From Balanoglossus misakiensis (lineage: Eukaryota; Animalia; Hemichordata), in NCBI GenBank assembly GCA_040954595.2, contig JBECUI020000027.1, positions 186,001 through 250,000 of the forward strand: DNA of 64,000 bases, given 5' to 3'. The notes under the pieces are model-generated. The model did no database searches. It was not told the DNA's origin and saw only the letters and a program-made list of their open reading frames with translations. Shown one piece after another: positions 43,538 through 52,806 of this stretch (position 1 is its first letter; each line of letters starts with the position of its first letter). A program made the translations under genes and the position numbers.

Positions 43538-44433
43538 AATGGACGGGAATAAGTCCCTTCATCGGCAAGTCTCATTAGAGCAGCTTTTACCAGGGGTTTG
43601 TCAGCAGAATAGGTGACCCCAAACCATGAGGCATTGGTCCGTAGCGCCTTAACCTTTAATTGACCGGTCTGAATCAGGTTATCTACCAGCGTAGGGACAA
43701 GAAATTCCGAACCCTCATGACTCCCTTCTTTCTGGAGAAAGTCCAGGAACTTCCTCTCCAGCATGTCAAAGAAGACAGGAGTGAATCCCCAAAAATTCAT
43801 GGAGACAATCTGGTCGTTCCTGAGAGACTGTGTTTCTTCCCCTTCGCCGCAGACTATTTCTCCATTTTCTCGACGATGGATGTTGTGGCGTTCATTGACT
43901 TTGACAAGCATTCCCCCCCCTTCCTCGCAGAGTCCACGGGTCACAGAACCGTGGGGACTAAGGGTGTTTTGCAGGAGGTAGCCCACCAAGAAAGCTTCAG
44001 GAGATTGGGGATTGATGGCTGTCAGGGCTTCAACGGCTACCTTGAAAGCTTCAGCGCCGTAGAAATCGTCGGCATTGATAACCAGGAACGGCTCTTTTAC
44101 AATTTTACGGCAGCACAGAATCGCATGACCTGTCCCCCAGGGTTTTTTTCTGTCTACAGAAAGAAATGAGACAGCTTCGGGAAGATCGTCAAGTTCCTGG
44201 AAAGCAAAATCCCAGTTGATAAGTCCTTCATAACGCTGTCCTACCGTCTTCCTAAAGGCTTCTTCTATACTTTTTCGAATAACAAAAACAACCCGGGAAA
44301 AGCCAGCTTTGAGGGCATCATGCACCGCATAATCCAGGAGGATTTCTCCATCGGGGCCCATGGAATCAAGCTGCTTTATCCCCCCATAACGACTACCCAT
44401 GCCGGCTGCCATGATTACTAAGACTGGTTTCAT
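43525..44433 (-). CDS. Sugar-phosphate nucleotidyltransferase family protein
   Basis: MAAGMGSRYGGIKQ, KPWGTGHA, INADDFYG, SMNFWGF. Confidence 0.88.
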   Translation of the reverse strand: MKPVLVIMAAGMGSRYGGIKQLDSMGPDGEILLDYAVHDALKAGFSRVVFVIRKSIEEAFRKTVGQRYEGLINWDFAFQELDDLPEAVSFLSVDRKKPWGTGHAILCCRKIVKEPFLVINADDFYGAEAFKVAVEALTAINPQSPEAFLVGYLLQNTLSPHGSVTRGLCEEGGGMLVKVNERHNIHRRENGEIVCGEGEETQSLRNDQIVSMNFWGFTPVFFDMLERKFLDFLQKEGSHEGSEFLVPTLVDNLIQTGQLKVKALRTNASWFGVTYSADKPLVKAALMRLADEGTYSRPLWRS

Positions 44434-44670
44434 TGAAATTCATGATACACACCATGCGCCACAGGGTCCAGGGCCAGGACTTACCCAGAATCGCCTCTCC
44501 CAGCCCTGCCACCCTTAAAAAGACCGATCTTTTCTCCAATTAAGAGATTAGAGGCTGTAAAACAGCCCGCCATCACCCTTATGCACCTCGAAAAGTAGGT
44601 CTTGTCCAATCCCCAAGCTTTTGTGAGACCTAAGGTTCACGGTGATTAAGTCTCTGCAAGTCAAGAAGAC

Positions 44671-45618
44671 TCATTTCAAGAATATTTCGCTAATCGATTC
44701 GCAACGGGAGATTTGGCGTATGGACAGGGCAAAATGGGAGGCCACAGAAACAACTTCCACTTTATCGCTTAGGGACTCAGGACGATTCTCTATCGTATCG
44801 GTGGTATAAATACGCTCCAGAGGAGAATTTACCAACTTGGCCATGGCTCCAGTAACAAAGACCCCATGGGTCACCGCTGCCAACACCCGCAAGGCTCCCT
44901 TTTTCATAAGATTCAGGGCTCCCTCAACAAGAGTGCCTCCAGTAATGGTAAAATCATCCACAATCAAGGTGGTTTTTCCCTCCACATCCCCTATAACATC
45001 CAAGGTTGATATATCTCCGCTCTGGCCTTTGCGCTGTTTTACCCCGATGGCAACGGGAACATTGAGCTGCCTGGCAAAGGTTCGAGCTTCTTTGGCAAAA
45101 CCTGTGTCGGCAGCTACTACCACAAAGTCATCGCCCAGGTCTTGCTTTATCCTCTCCCCCAAAGTGACCAGTCCATAAAGGTTATCCACGGGAATACGAA
45201 AAAAACCTTGTATCTGTGGGGCATGGAGATCCATAGTGACCACTCGGTCACAGCCTACGGCCTCTAAAGCCTCGGCACAGACCCGACCTCTGATAGAAAC
45301 TCTAGGTTCATCTTTCTTATCGCCTTTACCATAGCTGAAATAGGGGATCACTGCTGTTACTGTCGCAGCACTAGCACGCTTAAAAGCATCAATCCAAAAC
45401 AGCAATTCCATAAAATGATCATTCGTTTGGTAGACGGTGGACTGGATAATGAAGATGTCCTGTCCCCGAACATTTTCTTTTACCTGAACGAATGTATTAC
45501 CGTCAGGAAAAACCTTCATAGAACTATGGCGTAAGGGAGTTTTGAGAAAATTGCATATGGATCTGCTTAGATGATAACTACCTGTTCCTGAGAAAATCAT
45601 GAGTTTGTTCGTGGGCAT
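44671..45618 (-). CDS. prs: Ribose-phosphate pyrophosphokinase
   Basis: FPDG, ENVRG, VIPYFSY, MDLHAPQIQGFF, VDDF..TGGT. Confidence 0.93.
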   Translation of the reverse strand: MPTNKLMIFSGTGSYHLSRSICNFLKTPLRHSSMKVFPDGNTFVQVKENVRGQDIFIIQSTVYQTNDHFMELLFWIDAFKRASAATVTAVIPYFSYGKGDKKDEPRVSIRGRVCAEALEAVGCDRVVTMDLHAPQIQGFFRIPVDNLYGLVTLGERIKQDLGDDFVVVAADTGFAKEARTFARQLNVPVAIGVKQRKGQSGDISTLDVIGDVEGKTTLIVDDFTITGGTLVEGALNLMKKGALRVLAAVTHGVFVTGAMAKLVNSPLERIYTTDTIENRPESLSDKVEVVSVASHFALSIRQISRCESISEIFLK

Positions 45619-45803
45619 AGGCTCAGTTTACTTAAAAGAAAGGAGAAAGTCAGGATCCTTTAGAATTTTTTAATCTGCTGGCCTATGCAGCTCAATGCCA
45701 TGGAGGGTTTCTCTTTCCGCCATCATACTCAATCTGCAGTCATGCCCTTCCTTAAGGCATTCCATGAGGTTTGAGGTCTTGGCAGCATGCCAAAAGGTCC
45801 CAC

Positions 45804-46874
45804 CTACATCTCCAGATCGCAGCGCAGCTTTCCCAATGCCTGGTTTTCTTCAATTGCCAGGTCTATCAGACTATCCAGCAACTCCGCATAACTCACTCCA
45901 GAGGCCTCCCAGAGCCTGGGATACATGCTGATGTTTGTAAAGCCGGGGATCGTATTGATTTCATTCACAAAGATTTCATCATTCTCTTTGAGAAAAAAAT
46001 CTATTCGGGCCATCCCTCGGCATTCCAAAATCTGAAAACAGGCTAGGGCCAGTTCTTGAATTCTTCTACTTGTCTTGGATGGCAGGGAGGGAGGGATAAT
46101 TAAGGCTGCGCCTTCTTGGTCTATGTATTTGGCCTGGTAATTGTAAAACTCTCGGTAGGGACGGATTTCTCCACATACTGAGACTTTCGGATTGTCGTTA
46201 CCCAAGATAGCGCATTCAATTTCTCGGCCCGATATGCCCTGTTCCACCAGAATTTTACGATCGTAACTCAGGGCTTTCTTGAGAGCCGGGTATAGGTCCT
46301 CAGGCTTTTCTACTCGAGAGATACCAACGGAAGAACCCATATTGCAGGGTTTTACGTAGAGGGTGGAACCCCATGAAGCGCTAAGGTCCTCCCAAGACGC
46401 CGACTTGAGGGTGGAGGAGCTAAAACATCGATGAGGAGCTACAGGAATCCCAGCGTTTTTCAGTAGCCTCTTTACTATATCCTTATCCATTCCCAAGGCC
46501 GAGCCTAAAATCCCCGCTCCCACACAAGGAAGATTGGCCAGTTTTGCCAAGCCCTGGATGCTGCCATCCTCGCCATAGGGACCATGCATAAGGGGGAACA
46601 GGACATCGAAGGCTTTAACCTTCTCTTCTTGTGAGTCGAGTAGCAGAAATTTCCTGGACTGACCCGTGGGAAGAAGAGCCACGGCTTGGCCCTGATTCAG
46701 AGGAGTAGAGATATCATTTTGAAGAAACCATCGTCCCTGTCTATCAATACCAATGAGGATAATTTCATATTTTTTTTTATCCAAAGAGCCCAGGACATTC
46801 TTGGCTGAGATCAAAGAAACTTCGTGTTCGGGCGATCGACCACCAAAAAGTAAGACTAAGCCAATTTTGCTCAT
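45804..46874 (-). CDS. ddl: D-alanine--D-alanine ligase
   Basis: FGGRSPEHEVS, HGPYGEDG, GSSVG, YQAKY, NEINTIPG. Confidence 0.95.
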   Translation of the reverse strand: MSKIGLVLLFGGRSPEHEVSLISAKNVLGSLDKKKYEIILIGIDRQGRWFLQNDISTPLNQGQAVALLPTGQSRKFLLLDSQEEKVKAFDVLFPLMHGPYGEDGSIQGLAKLANLPCVGAGILGSALGMDKDIVKRLLKNAGIPVAPHRCFSSSTLKSASWEDLSASWGSTLYVKPCNMGSSVGISRVEKPEDLYPALKKALSYDRKILVEQGISGREIECAILGNDNPKVSVCGEIRPYREFYNYQAKYIDQEGAALIIPPSLPSKTSRRIQELALACFQILECRGMARIDFFLKENDEIFVNEINTIPGFTNISMYPRLWEASGVSYAELLDSLIDLAIEENQALGKLRCDLEM

Positions 46875-46937
46875 TATCGTGGAGTATATCGGGAAGCAAG
46901 CGGCATGAAAAGAAATAAAACCGGAAATTCTCCGGAA

Positions 46938-47330
46938 CTACCAATGGGCACTCTCCACTTGAAAATCTTCGGCAAGAATTTTCCTGGCTACTGCTTCGTT
47001 ATTTCGGTGAATAAGGATGTAGTCTGTGTTCGAAGAAGGAAGAGAATAGATGTTGATATCCGCCTTAGCAAGAAGTTCCGTAACTCTTGTTATTGTTCCT
47101 GACCAGAGAAAGTCACTCTCTCCGACAAAGCGAAAAGCTGTCCAACCGGTAAGGAGGCAATCTTCTTCGTTTAAACTTCCTTCTAGCAAGATGGATTCGG
47201 CAACCACAGAGATTTCTTCAGGGGTTCTTAAAACAGAAAAAAAACGTGATTCTTCCAGACCCTGAGGAACCGAAGCGGCACCTGACCTAGTCAGGATTCC
47301 TAAATTCAAGCTTAGAATTTCTATAGACAT
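46938..47330 (-). CDS. ACT-domain protein (CASTOR/DUF2241-like)
   Basis: RTPEEISVV, W.AF, LAKADINI..S..TDYILI. Confidence 0.7.
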   Translation of the reverse strand: MSIEILSLNLGILTRSGAASVPQGLEESRFFSVLRTPEEISVVAESILLEGSLNEEDCLLTGWTAFRFVGESDFLWSGTITRVTELLAKADINIYSLPSSNTDYILIHRNNEAVARKILAEDFQVESAHW

Positions 47331-47449
47331 TTTTGAAACAACTCTCTAGTTTCACAATGCTTATTTTTAAAGTTCGTCTTCATAGGAAGCCTCCATGATC
47401 ACGTGTAAGTTTTACATATCTAATCTATGTCTATTCTTATTATAAGCTA

Positions 47450-47489
47450 AAAAAGCATATAAATAAATAAATTTATTTATATGCTTTTT
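47450..47489. repeat. AT-rich perfect inverted repeat (19-bp arms, 2-nt loop)
   Basis: aaaaagcatataaataaat-aa-atttatttatatgcttttt. Confidence 0.85.
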
Positions 47490-47923
47490 AATTATACTTT
47501 GCGAGGAATGATCCTATCTAAAAAGCTCGCAAGTTAGATAATAAATACCATGAGCAATCAGAGACCCCAAAAGGTATGAATAATTCCGATAGCTCAAAAA
47601 ATACTACCACAGTTTTTAAAAATCTTTACGTTCAATTTATCGGTACACCGACCCACTTTCTGAATTACTGAAGTGGATAACTCAAAAAATGATTCAGATC
47701 GAATCAGAGCAAATTGTTAGTTTTTTTAAAAGGCTCTGGGAGTAAGGATCCTAAGACATATTTTTTTTGCTTACAGGATTCAGACGTTTTAATACAAGAC
47801 TGAAGGCCATGCATTTGATTGTTCCTAAGCTTAGAAAAGGGAGAGACCTCCCCTTTTCCGTAACGGAAAAGAAAAAAATCAGAACAAGTCTTAATTCAGA
47901 GGGAGCTTCTCCTGGACAGAACT

Positions 47924-48763
47924 TTAGAAAGGGTACCAAAATAGACCTTCCAGGGTGGAACGGATAAGAACATAAAGAACTGTCAAAACAATTATAAAAA
48001 CAAAAACAATGTAATCGTTCCTTCCCAGCGGTCTGGCATTATACCAGGTTCGTTTTTTGGCTGTACCGAAGCGGCGCAGACTCATGGCATTGGCAATGAC
48101 TTCGGCCTTTTCCAAACTAGAAATAATAAGGGGAAAGAGTATGTGTGCAACACTTTTAATACGGCGCATCAAGGGTACTTTGGAAGAAATTTCCACTCCG
48201 CGAGCTTGTTGGGCATGAAGTATATTAACAAAATCTTTGGTGATTTCAGGAAGATAGCGTAGGGTAAGACTTACCGTATAGGCAATCCTGTAGGGAAGTC
48301 CTATGCGATTTAAACTGGCAGCGAACTCGGTGGGATGGGTGCAAAAGACAAAAAGTAAAGCCATGGGAAATATGGAAAGAACCTTGGAAGCAATTACCAG
48401 CAAATAGAACAGGGTTTCCAAGGTTACCACATAGCGGGGAGTAATGGTAAAAAGCAGTGTCTTCTGGCCCATAAAAGCCACTCCCTGTAGGGGTGAAAAA
48501 AGGTAGATCAGAAATGCATTGAGAGTGACCATGCAAAACATAAAGAGCAAAAAAGGACGGTAAAGTCTAAAGGGAATCCGGGAAATTTTCAGAAGGCACA
48601 GACCAGTGAACAGAAAAAACAGGAGGACTCGCAGGTCAAAGCTGCTGAGAATAATGCTGACCCACCACACAAAGAGCAAGAATTTGCTTACCCCTGAGAG
48701 ACGGTGCAGAAAGGAGTCTGTGTCCAGGTAATTCAGTCCAAACTTAATCTTACTGCTGTTCAT
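47924..48763 (-). CDS. ECF transporter T component
   Basis: SFLHRLSG, LTLRYLP, AQQARG, AMSLRRF; start probably ATG 48763. Confidence 0.9.
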   Translation of the reverse strand: MNSSKIKFGLNYLDTDSFLHRLSGVSKFLLFVWWVSIILSSFDLRVLLFFLFTGLCLLKISRIPFRLYRPFLLFMFCMVTLNAFLIYLFSPLQGVAFMGQKTLLFTITPRYVVTLETLFYLLVIASKVLSIFPMALLFVFCTHPTEFAASLNRIGLPYRIAYTVSLTLRYLPEITKDFVNILHAQQARGVEISSKVPLMRRIKSVAHILFPLIISSLEKAEVIANAMSLRRFGTAKKRTWYNARPLGRNDYIVFVFIIVLTVLYVLIRSTLEGLFWYPF

Positions 48764-50471
48764 AGGGGTTTGAAGTTCTCTCGCTTTGGATAAAATGCTC
48801 AATAAACGCATCCACCTGCTCTATCCCGAGTTTGTGAGCCAAGGTGTAGAGGCTGGTAATCTTGAGGCTTGCCTGTTCCAGCAGATTCTTATTGGAAAAT
48901 ATTTTGGCTGCCTCGGCATCGGCAAGGAACTTGCCCCCAGAAAGAACCAGGGAACGTTCGGTGTACTCCAATGCCAGATGAAGATCATGGGTCACCATAA
49001 TAAGGGCGAGTCCAACCTTTTCATTAAGTCCCTTAATAAACTGCATGAATTCGGTGTAGTGGCGGTAGTCCTGTCCCGCCGTTGGCTCATCCAGAATCAG
49101 CAATTGGGGTTCCATAACAAGAATGGAGGCAATAGTAACCCTTTTTTTCTGTCCATAGCTCAAGGCCGTGATGGGCCAGCGGCGAAAGGAGTGGAGGCCG
49201 CAGATTTTGAGGGTGGTTTCCACCTGTTCTTTAATGTTCTTTTCTCCCTCCCCCCGAAGCCGGAGGCCCAGAGCGACCTCATCAAAGATCATGTGTTGGC
49301 TGATCATATGATTGGGATTCTGCATGACAAAGCCAACTTTGCGGCTCCTTTCGGCTATGGTCTCCTCTGTGATATCGGAACCCTTCCAGAAGATTCTGCC
49401 AACATCCGGCTTGATCAATCCCATAAGAACTTTGGCCAAGGTGGACTTACCGGCACCATTCTCGCCCAGGATAGAGACCCTTTCGCCTGAATCAATGCAA
49501 AAAGACAGATTGCAAAGATTATCTACCTTTCCTTCATAAGAATAGGAAAGTTCCCGGATTTCAAGAATTTTTTCTCGTTGTTTGACGCTAGAAGATGCTG
49601 AGTGCCCGCCGTACCACTCAAGGAGGCGTTGTCGGTGCCTATCAAGTTTTAAGGTCTCCAGAGAAGCTGGCCGGTCCTCCACAGTTACCTGGCATCCAGC
49701 CCGTTTTAGAGCCTCCAGATACAGCGGTTCCCGAATCCCCCGCTCCTTTAATACGGTGCTAGCCATAAGCTGGTCGGCAGAGGTATCGGCGATAATCCGA
49801 CCCTTGTCCAGTACAACAATTCTATCCACGGGCCTATGAAGAACATTCTCCAGGCGATGTTCAATAATGATGATGGTTTTTCCAGTTTTCTTATGGATAT
49901 TGTCAATAAGTCGAATGGCAACTTCACCTGTTTGGGGGTCAAGATTGGCCAAGGGTTCATCAAACAGCAAGAGCTCCACATCATCGACAAGTATCCCTGC
50001 AAGAGAAACCCGTTGTTTTTGCCCTCCTGAGAGGGAAAAAGGAGACTGATCCAGGTAGGCATCCATTGCCACCAGCGAAGCACTTTCCCGGGTCCTGGCT
50101 TTCATCTTGTCCTGAGGAAGGGCATCGTTTTCCAGGGAAAAGGCAATGTCCTCCCCCACGCTGAGCCCGACAAACTGCCCATCAGTATCCTGGAGAACGG
50201 TTCCGACAATTCTGCTTAAATCTTGCAGTTGTCTTTTTGCGGGAACCAGGTCTGAGACAAGCAACTCTCCTCTTAATTCTCCCTTGAAGGAGTGGGGAAT
50301 CAGACCATTGATACAGCTTCCCACGGTGCTTTTACCGCTACCTGAAGGGCCCACAATAAGAACCTTTTCTCCACGGTTTATGTGGAGGTTCATTCCTTTT
50401 AAGGTTGCTTCCTTCTGGGATGAATAGCGGTAAGTAAAATCTGAGAAAATTACTATGGGATCGGAAATCAC
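48750..50471 (-). CDS. ECF transporter duplicated ATPase
   Basis: GPSGSGKST, LSGGQKQR, GENGAGKST, LSYGQKKR. Confidence 0.92.
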   Translation of the reverse strand: MISDPIVIFSDFTYRYSSQKEATLKGMNLHINRGEKVLIVGPSGSGKSTVGSCINGLIPHSFKGELRGELLVSDLVPAKRQLQDLSRIVGTVLQDTDGQFVGLSVGEDIAFSLENDALPQDKMKARTRESASLVAMDAYLDQSPFSLSGGQKQRVSLAGILVDDVELLLFDEPLANLDPQTGEVAIRLIDNIHKKTGKTIIIIEHRLENVLHRPVDRIVVLDKGRIIADTSADQLMASTVLKERGIREPLYLEALKRAGCQVTVEDRPASLETLKLDRHRQRLLEWYGGHSASSSVKQREKILEIRELSYSYEGKVDNLCNLSFCIDSGERVSILGENGAGKSTLAKVLMGLIKPDVGRIFWKGSDITEETIAERSRKVGFVMQNPNHMISQHMIFDEVALGLRLRGEGEKNIKEQVETTLKICGLHSFRRWPITALSYGQKKRVTIASILVMEPQLLILDEPTAGQDYRHYTEFMQFIKGLNEKVGLALIMVTHDLHLALEYTERSLVLSGGKFLADAEAAKIFSNKNLLEQASLKITSLYTLAHKLGIEQVDAFIEHFIQSERTSNPYEQQ

Positions 50472-51019
50472 TCCTCAGACAATTCCGTGGCAACTTTCCT
50501 ACGTTTAGCAATAAGAACAAGAATGGCAGTGCCGATGATGGTGATCATCAAGGTATTGGTACTGCTGGCCAAGATCGCTTGAACAACAATCTTGTTTATG
50601 GGTTCCTTATAAAGAATAACGTCCAGTAGTCCGGAAATGCCGTAACCGATAAAGTTTCCTACCAAGGAAAGAACAAAAAGTAGAAAGGCATCTTTGAAGG
50701 GGAGGAGTCCCTCCTCCATACGATTCTTGGTGAGTGTAGGATACAGTCCAATGATAATGCCTACAATTCCAGATCCCAGAATCCAGCTGAACCACACTCC
50801 CCAACCAGCAAAAAGGTCAGTAATTAAATGTCCAAGAATTCCCACCAGGAATCCAACAATAGGACCATAGAGGGCGGCAAAAATACCTAAGATAGCCATG
50901 GCTGGCTTGAGTGTAGTTTCCGCAAAGATAGGTATACCGAAAATAGGTAGACCCCCGACACCGTACAGTGCTGCTCCAATAGCAGTGAGCACAACGATTT
51001 TAACAGAAAATTTATTCAT
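50468..51019 (-). CDS. ECF S component (UPF0397/MtsT-like)
   Basis: AIGAALY, ALYGPIVG..G.LGH...D..GWGVWFSW; ~6 TM. Confidence 0.82.
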   Translation of the reverse strand: MNKFSVKIVVLTAIGAALYGVGGLPIFGIPIFAETTLKPAMAILGIFAALYGPIVGFLVGILGHLITDLFAGWGVWFSWILGSGIVGIIIGLYPTLTKNRMEEGLLPFKDAFLLFVLSLVGNFIGYGISGLLDVILYKEPINKIVVQAILASSTNTLMITIIGTAILVLIAKRRKVATELSEE

Positions 51020-51033
51020 AAAAAACCTCTTAA

Positions 51034-51894
51034 TTATTTCAATTTCTCCACAATAAACTTCCAGTTTCTCCCAAAACCAAGTTTGTAGTTTTCCACAACA
51101 TTCCCCTGATTTTCGGCCAGGGAAATGTAAGAAACTTCATTATTGTAAAGCAATTTTGAACCTATAGGAACAGTAAAGAAAGTTCGATCATACAAAATTG
51201 TTTCTTCATAAAATTTCTGTCCTTGATGCTCAATCAGAACCCTTAGTCTATCTCCATAGTGAATACCCGCTTCATCAAACAAAGAACGGGGAATATTGGT
51301 CCAGACGTTCCCAAAAGCCAGATCGTGAATCTCAACTATTCCCTCCACGCCCTGATTGGTTATTTGGGGTTTGGGCTGGGGGAGAAGAATCAAAGTGTTC
51401 ATATCCACGGGGCTACCTATCCCGGTAAAGTCTAACTTACCAGAGGCCAGACAAGCCCCGGTGTAACCATAGACATCCCGTCCATGAAAGGTGTGATGGT
51501 CCTGGGAATTGGGAAGACGATTTACCTTCTCGTCAATCTCCCTAACTTCCCGGAGTCCAATCCTTTCTACCACATGGGTAAGAATCCCGTTGTCCGGGCC
51601 TACTATGTAATGATCTTGCGGAGTATGGGCTGCCACGGATCGTCTCTCTGAGCCTACTCCTGGGTCTACCACCGCAACAAAGACTGTTCCCGAGGGCCAG
51701 GAGAGGATGGCCTGAAACAAACGGTAAGAGGCCTCCCGAATATCAAAAGGCCGTATTTCATGGGTGACCTCCTGGATGTTCAGCGTGGGATCCACTCCCA
51801 AAGCCACCCCATACATTTGCGAGACCGTAGCCTCCCGACGGCCAAAATCGGACAAAAAAGTAAGGAGTCCCCTACCGGGATGCTCAGCTTTCAA
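51034..51894 (-). CDS. DUF62 SAM hydrolase (SAM-dependent chlorinase/fluorinase family)
   Basis: SDFG, THEI, VVDPGVGS.R, PDNG, TFHGRD, GNVWTN. Confidence 0.9.
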   Translation of the reverse strand: MKAEHPGRGLLTFLSDFGRREATVSQMYGVALGVDPTLNIQEVTHEIRPFDIREASYRLFQAILSWPSGTVFVAVVDPGVGSERRSVAAHTPQDHYIVGPDNGILTHVVERIGLREVREIDEKVNRLPNSQDHHTFHGRDVYGYTGACLASGKLDFTGIGSPVDMNTLILLPQPKPQITNQGVEGIVEIHDLAFGNVWTNIPRSLFDEAGIHYGDRLRVLIEHQGQKFYEETILYDRTFFTVPIGSKLLYNNEVSYISLAENQGNVVENYKLGFGRNWKFIVEKLK

Positions 51895-52766
51895 GGGAGA
51901 TCCCCTTTGTGCCTCCGAAACTTGATAAGCCAGTCCCGTCCGTGCCCTACATTGTAAGCCCGAGCGAAGTTTCCTTGATTGATAGCAACCCCCGTCTTGA
52001 GAAGGGAATTGATGTAGAGAAGCGGTTCACCAATGTTCACATCGCTAAAGGAACGGGTAAACCTGAGCTTACTGCTGTAAATCAGATGGCCGTGGTGCAT
52101 AATCTCCACATTGGCAAATTCTCCGTAGTTCATTTTTAACTGATTAAAAAGTTCCCAAGGGCAGTTTGTCCAAAGACTGCCGTAGCGTTTGTCCAGAATA
52201 TCAATAGATGCGGTGATCGTTTCATTTTCAAAAACGGCTGGTATGTGCGGCAAGGTGACGGTTCCTTCCACAGGAAGTTTCTGTCCCACGTCATCTAGAG
52301 TAATCAGATTAGAAGCCAGTCTGGCACCGGTGTAGGCGTAGATGTCCCGCCCATGGAAGGTAAAGGAGTTCTCGGAGTTTTTTAAACGATTTAACCGTTC
52401 TTCAATTTCTCGGCGTTCAAGAATACCCAGGGTTTCCTTAACATGGGTCAGCGTGCCGTTGTCGGGTGTGACCACATAGTGACCTGTTTGGGTAAGCACC
52501 ACAACACTCTTCCGGGAGGTTCCCACTCCCGGATCTACCACAGAAACAAAGACCGTTCCCGGTGCCCAGTATTCAAGGGTCTGAATTAGACGGTACGAAG
52601 CTTGCCAGATGTCGAAGGGAGGGATTTCGTGGGTTAGATCGTAGAGTTGGAGGTTTGGTGCCACTGAATTAGCCACACCATACATGGCCGCCACGGCTCC
52701 ATCGACTCGACCAAAATCGCTCTGGAACACCACGGTATGGTTTATGTGAGTTCTTGCTCCCAGCAT
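51891..52766 (-). CDS. DUF62 SAM hydrolase paralog
   Basis: SDFG, LTHEIP, VVDPGVGTSR, PDNG, TFHGRD, GSLWTN, AINQG. Confidence 0.9.
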   Translation of the reverse strand: MLGARTHINHTVVFQSDFGRVDGAVAAMYGVANSVAPNLQLYDLTHEIPPFDIWQASYRLIQTLEYWAPGTVFVSVVDPGVGTSRKSVVVLTQTGHYVVTPDNGTLTHVKETLGILERREIEERLNRLKNSENSFTFHGRDIYAYTGARLASNLITLDDVGQKLPVEGTVTLPHIPAVFENETITASIDILDKRYGSLWTNCPWELFNQLKMNYGEFANVEIMHHGHLIYSSKLRFTRSFSDVNIGEPLLYINSLLKTGVAINQGNFARAYNVGHGRDWLIKFRRHKGDLP

Positions 52767-52806
52767 GGTATTACTATGCCTCAGAAAGGGGAGTTGTGCA
52801 AGAAAC

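Noticed and set aside
47450-47489. Borrelia-type replicated hairpin telomere junction
   Set aside because: Flanks are not mirror images beyond 19 bp, and I cannot see a convincing ResT box
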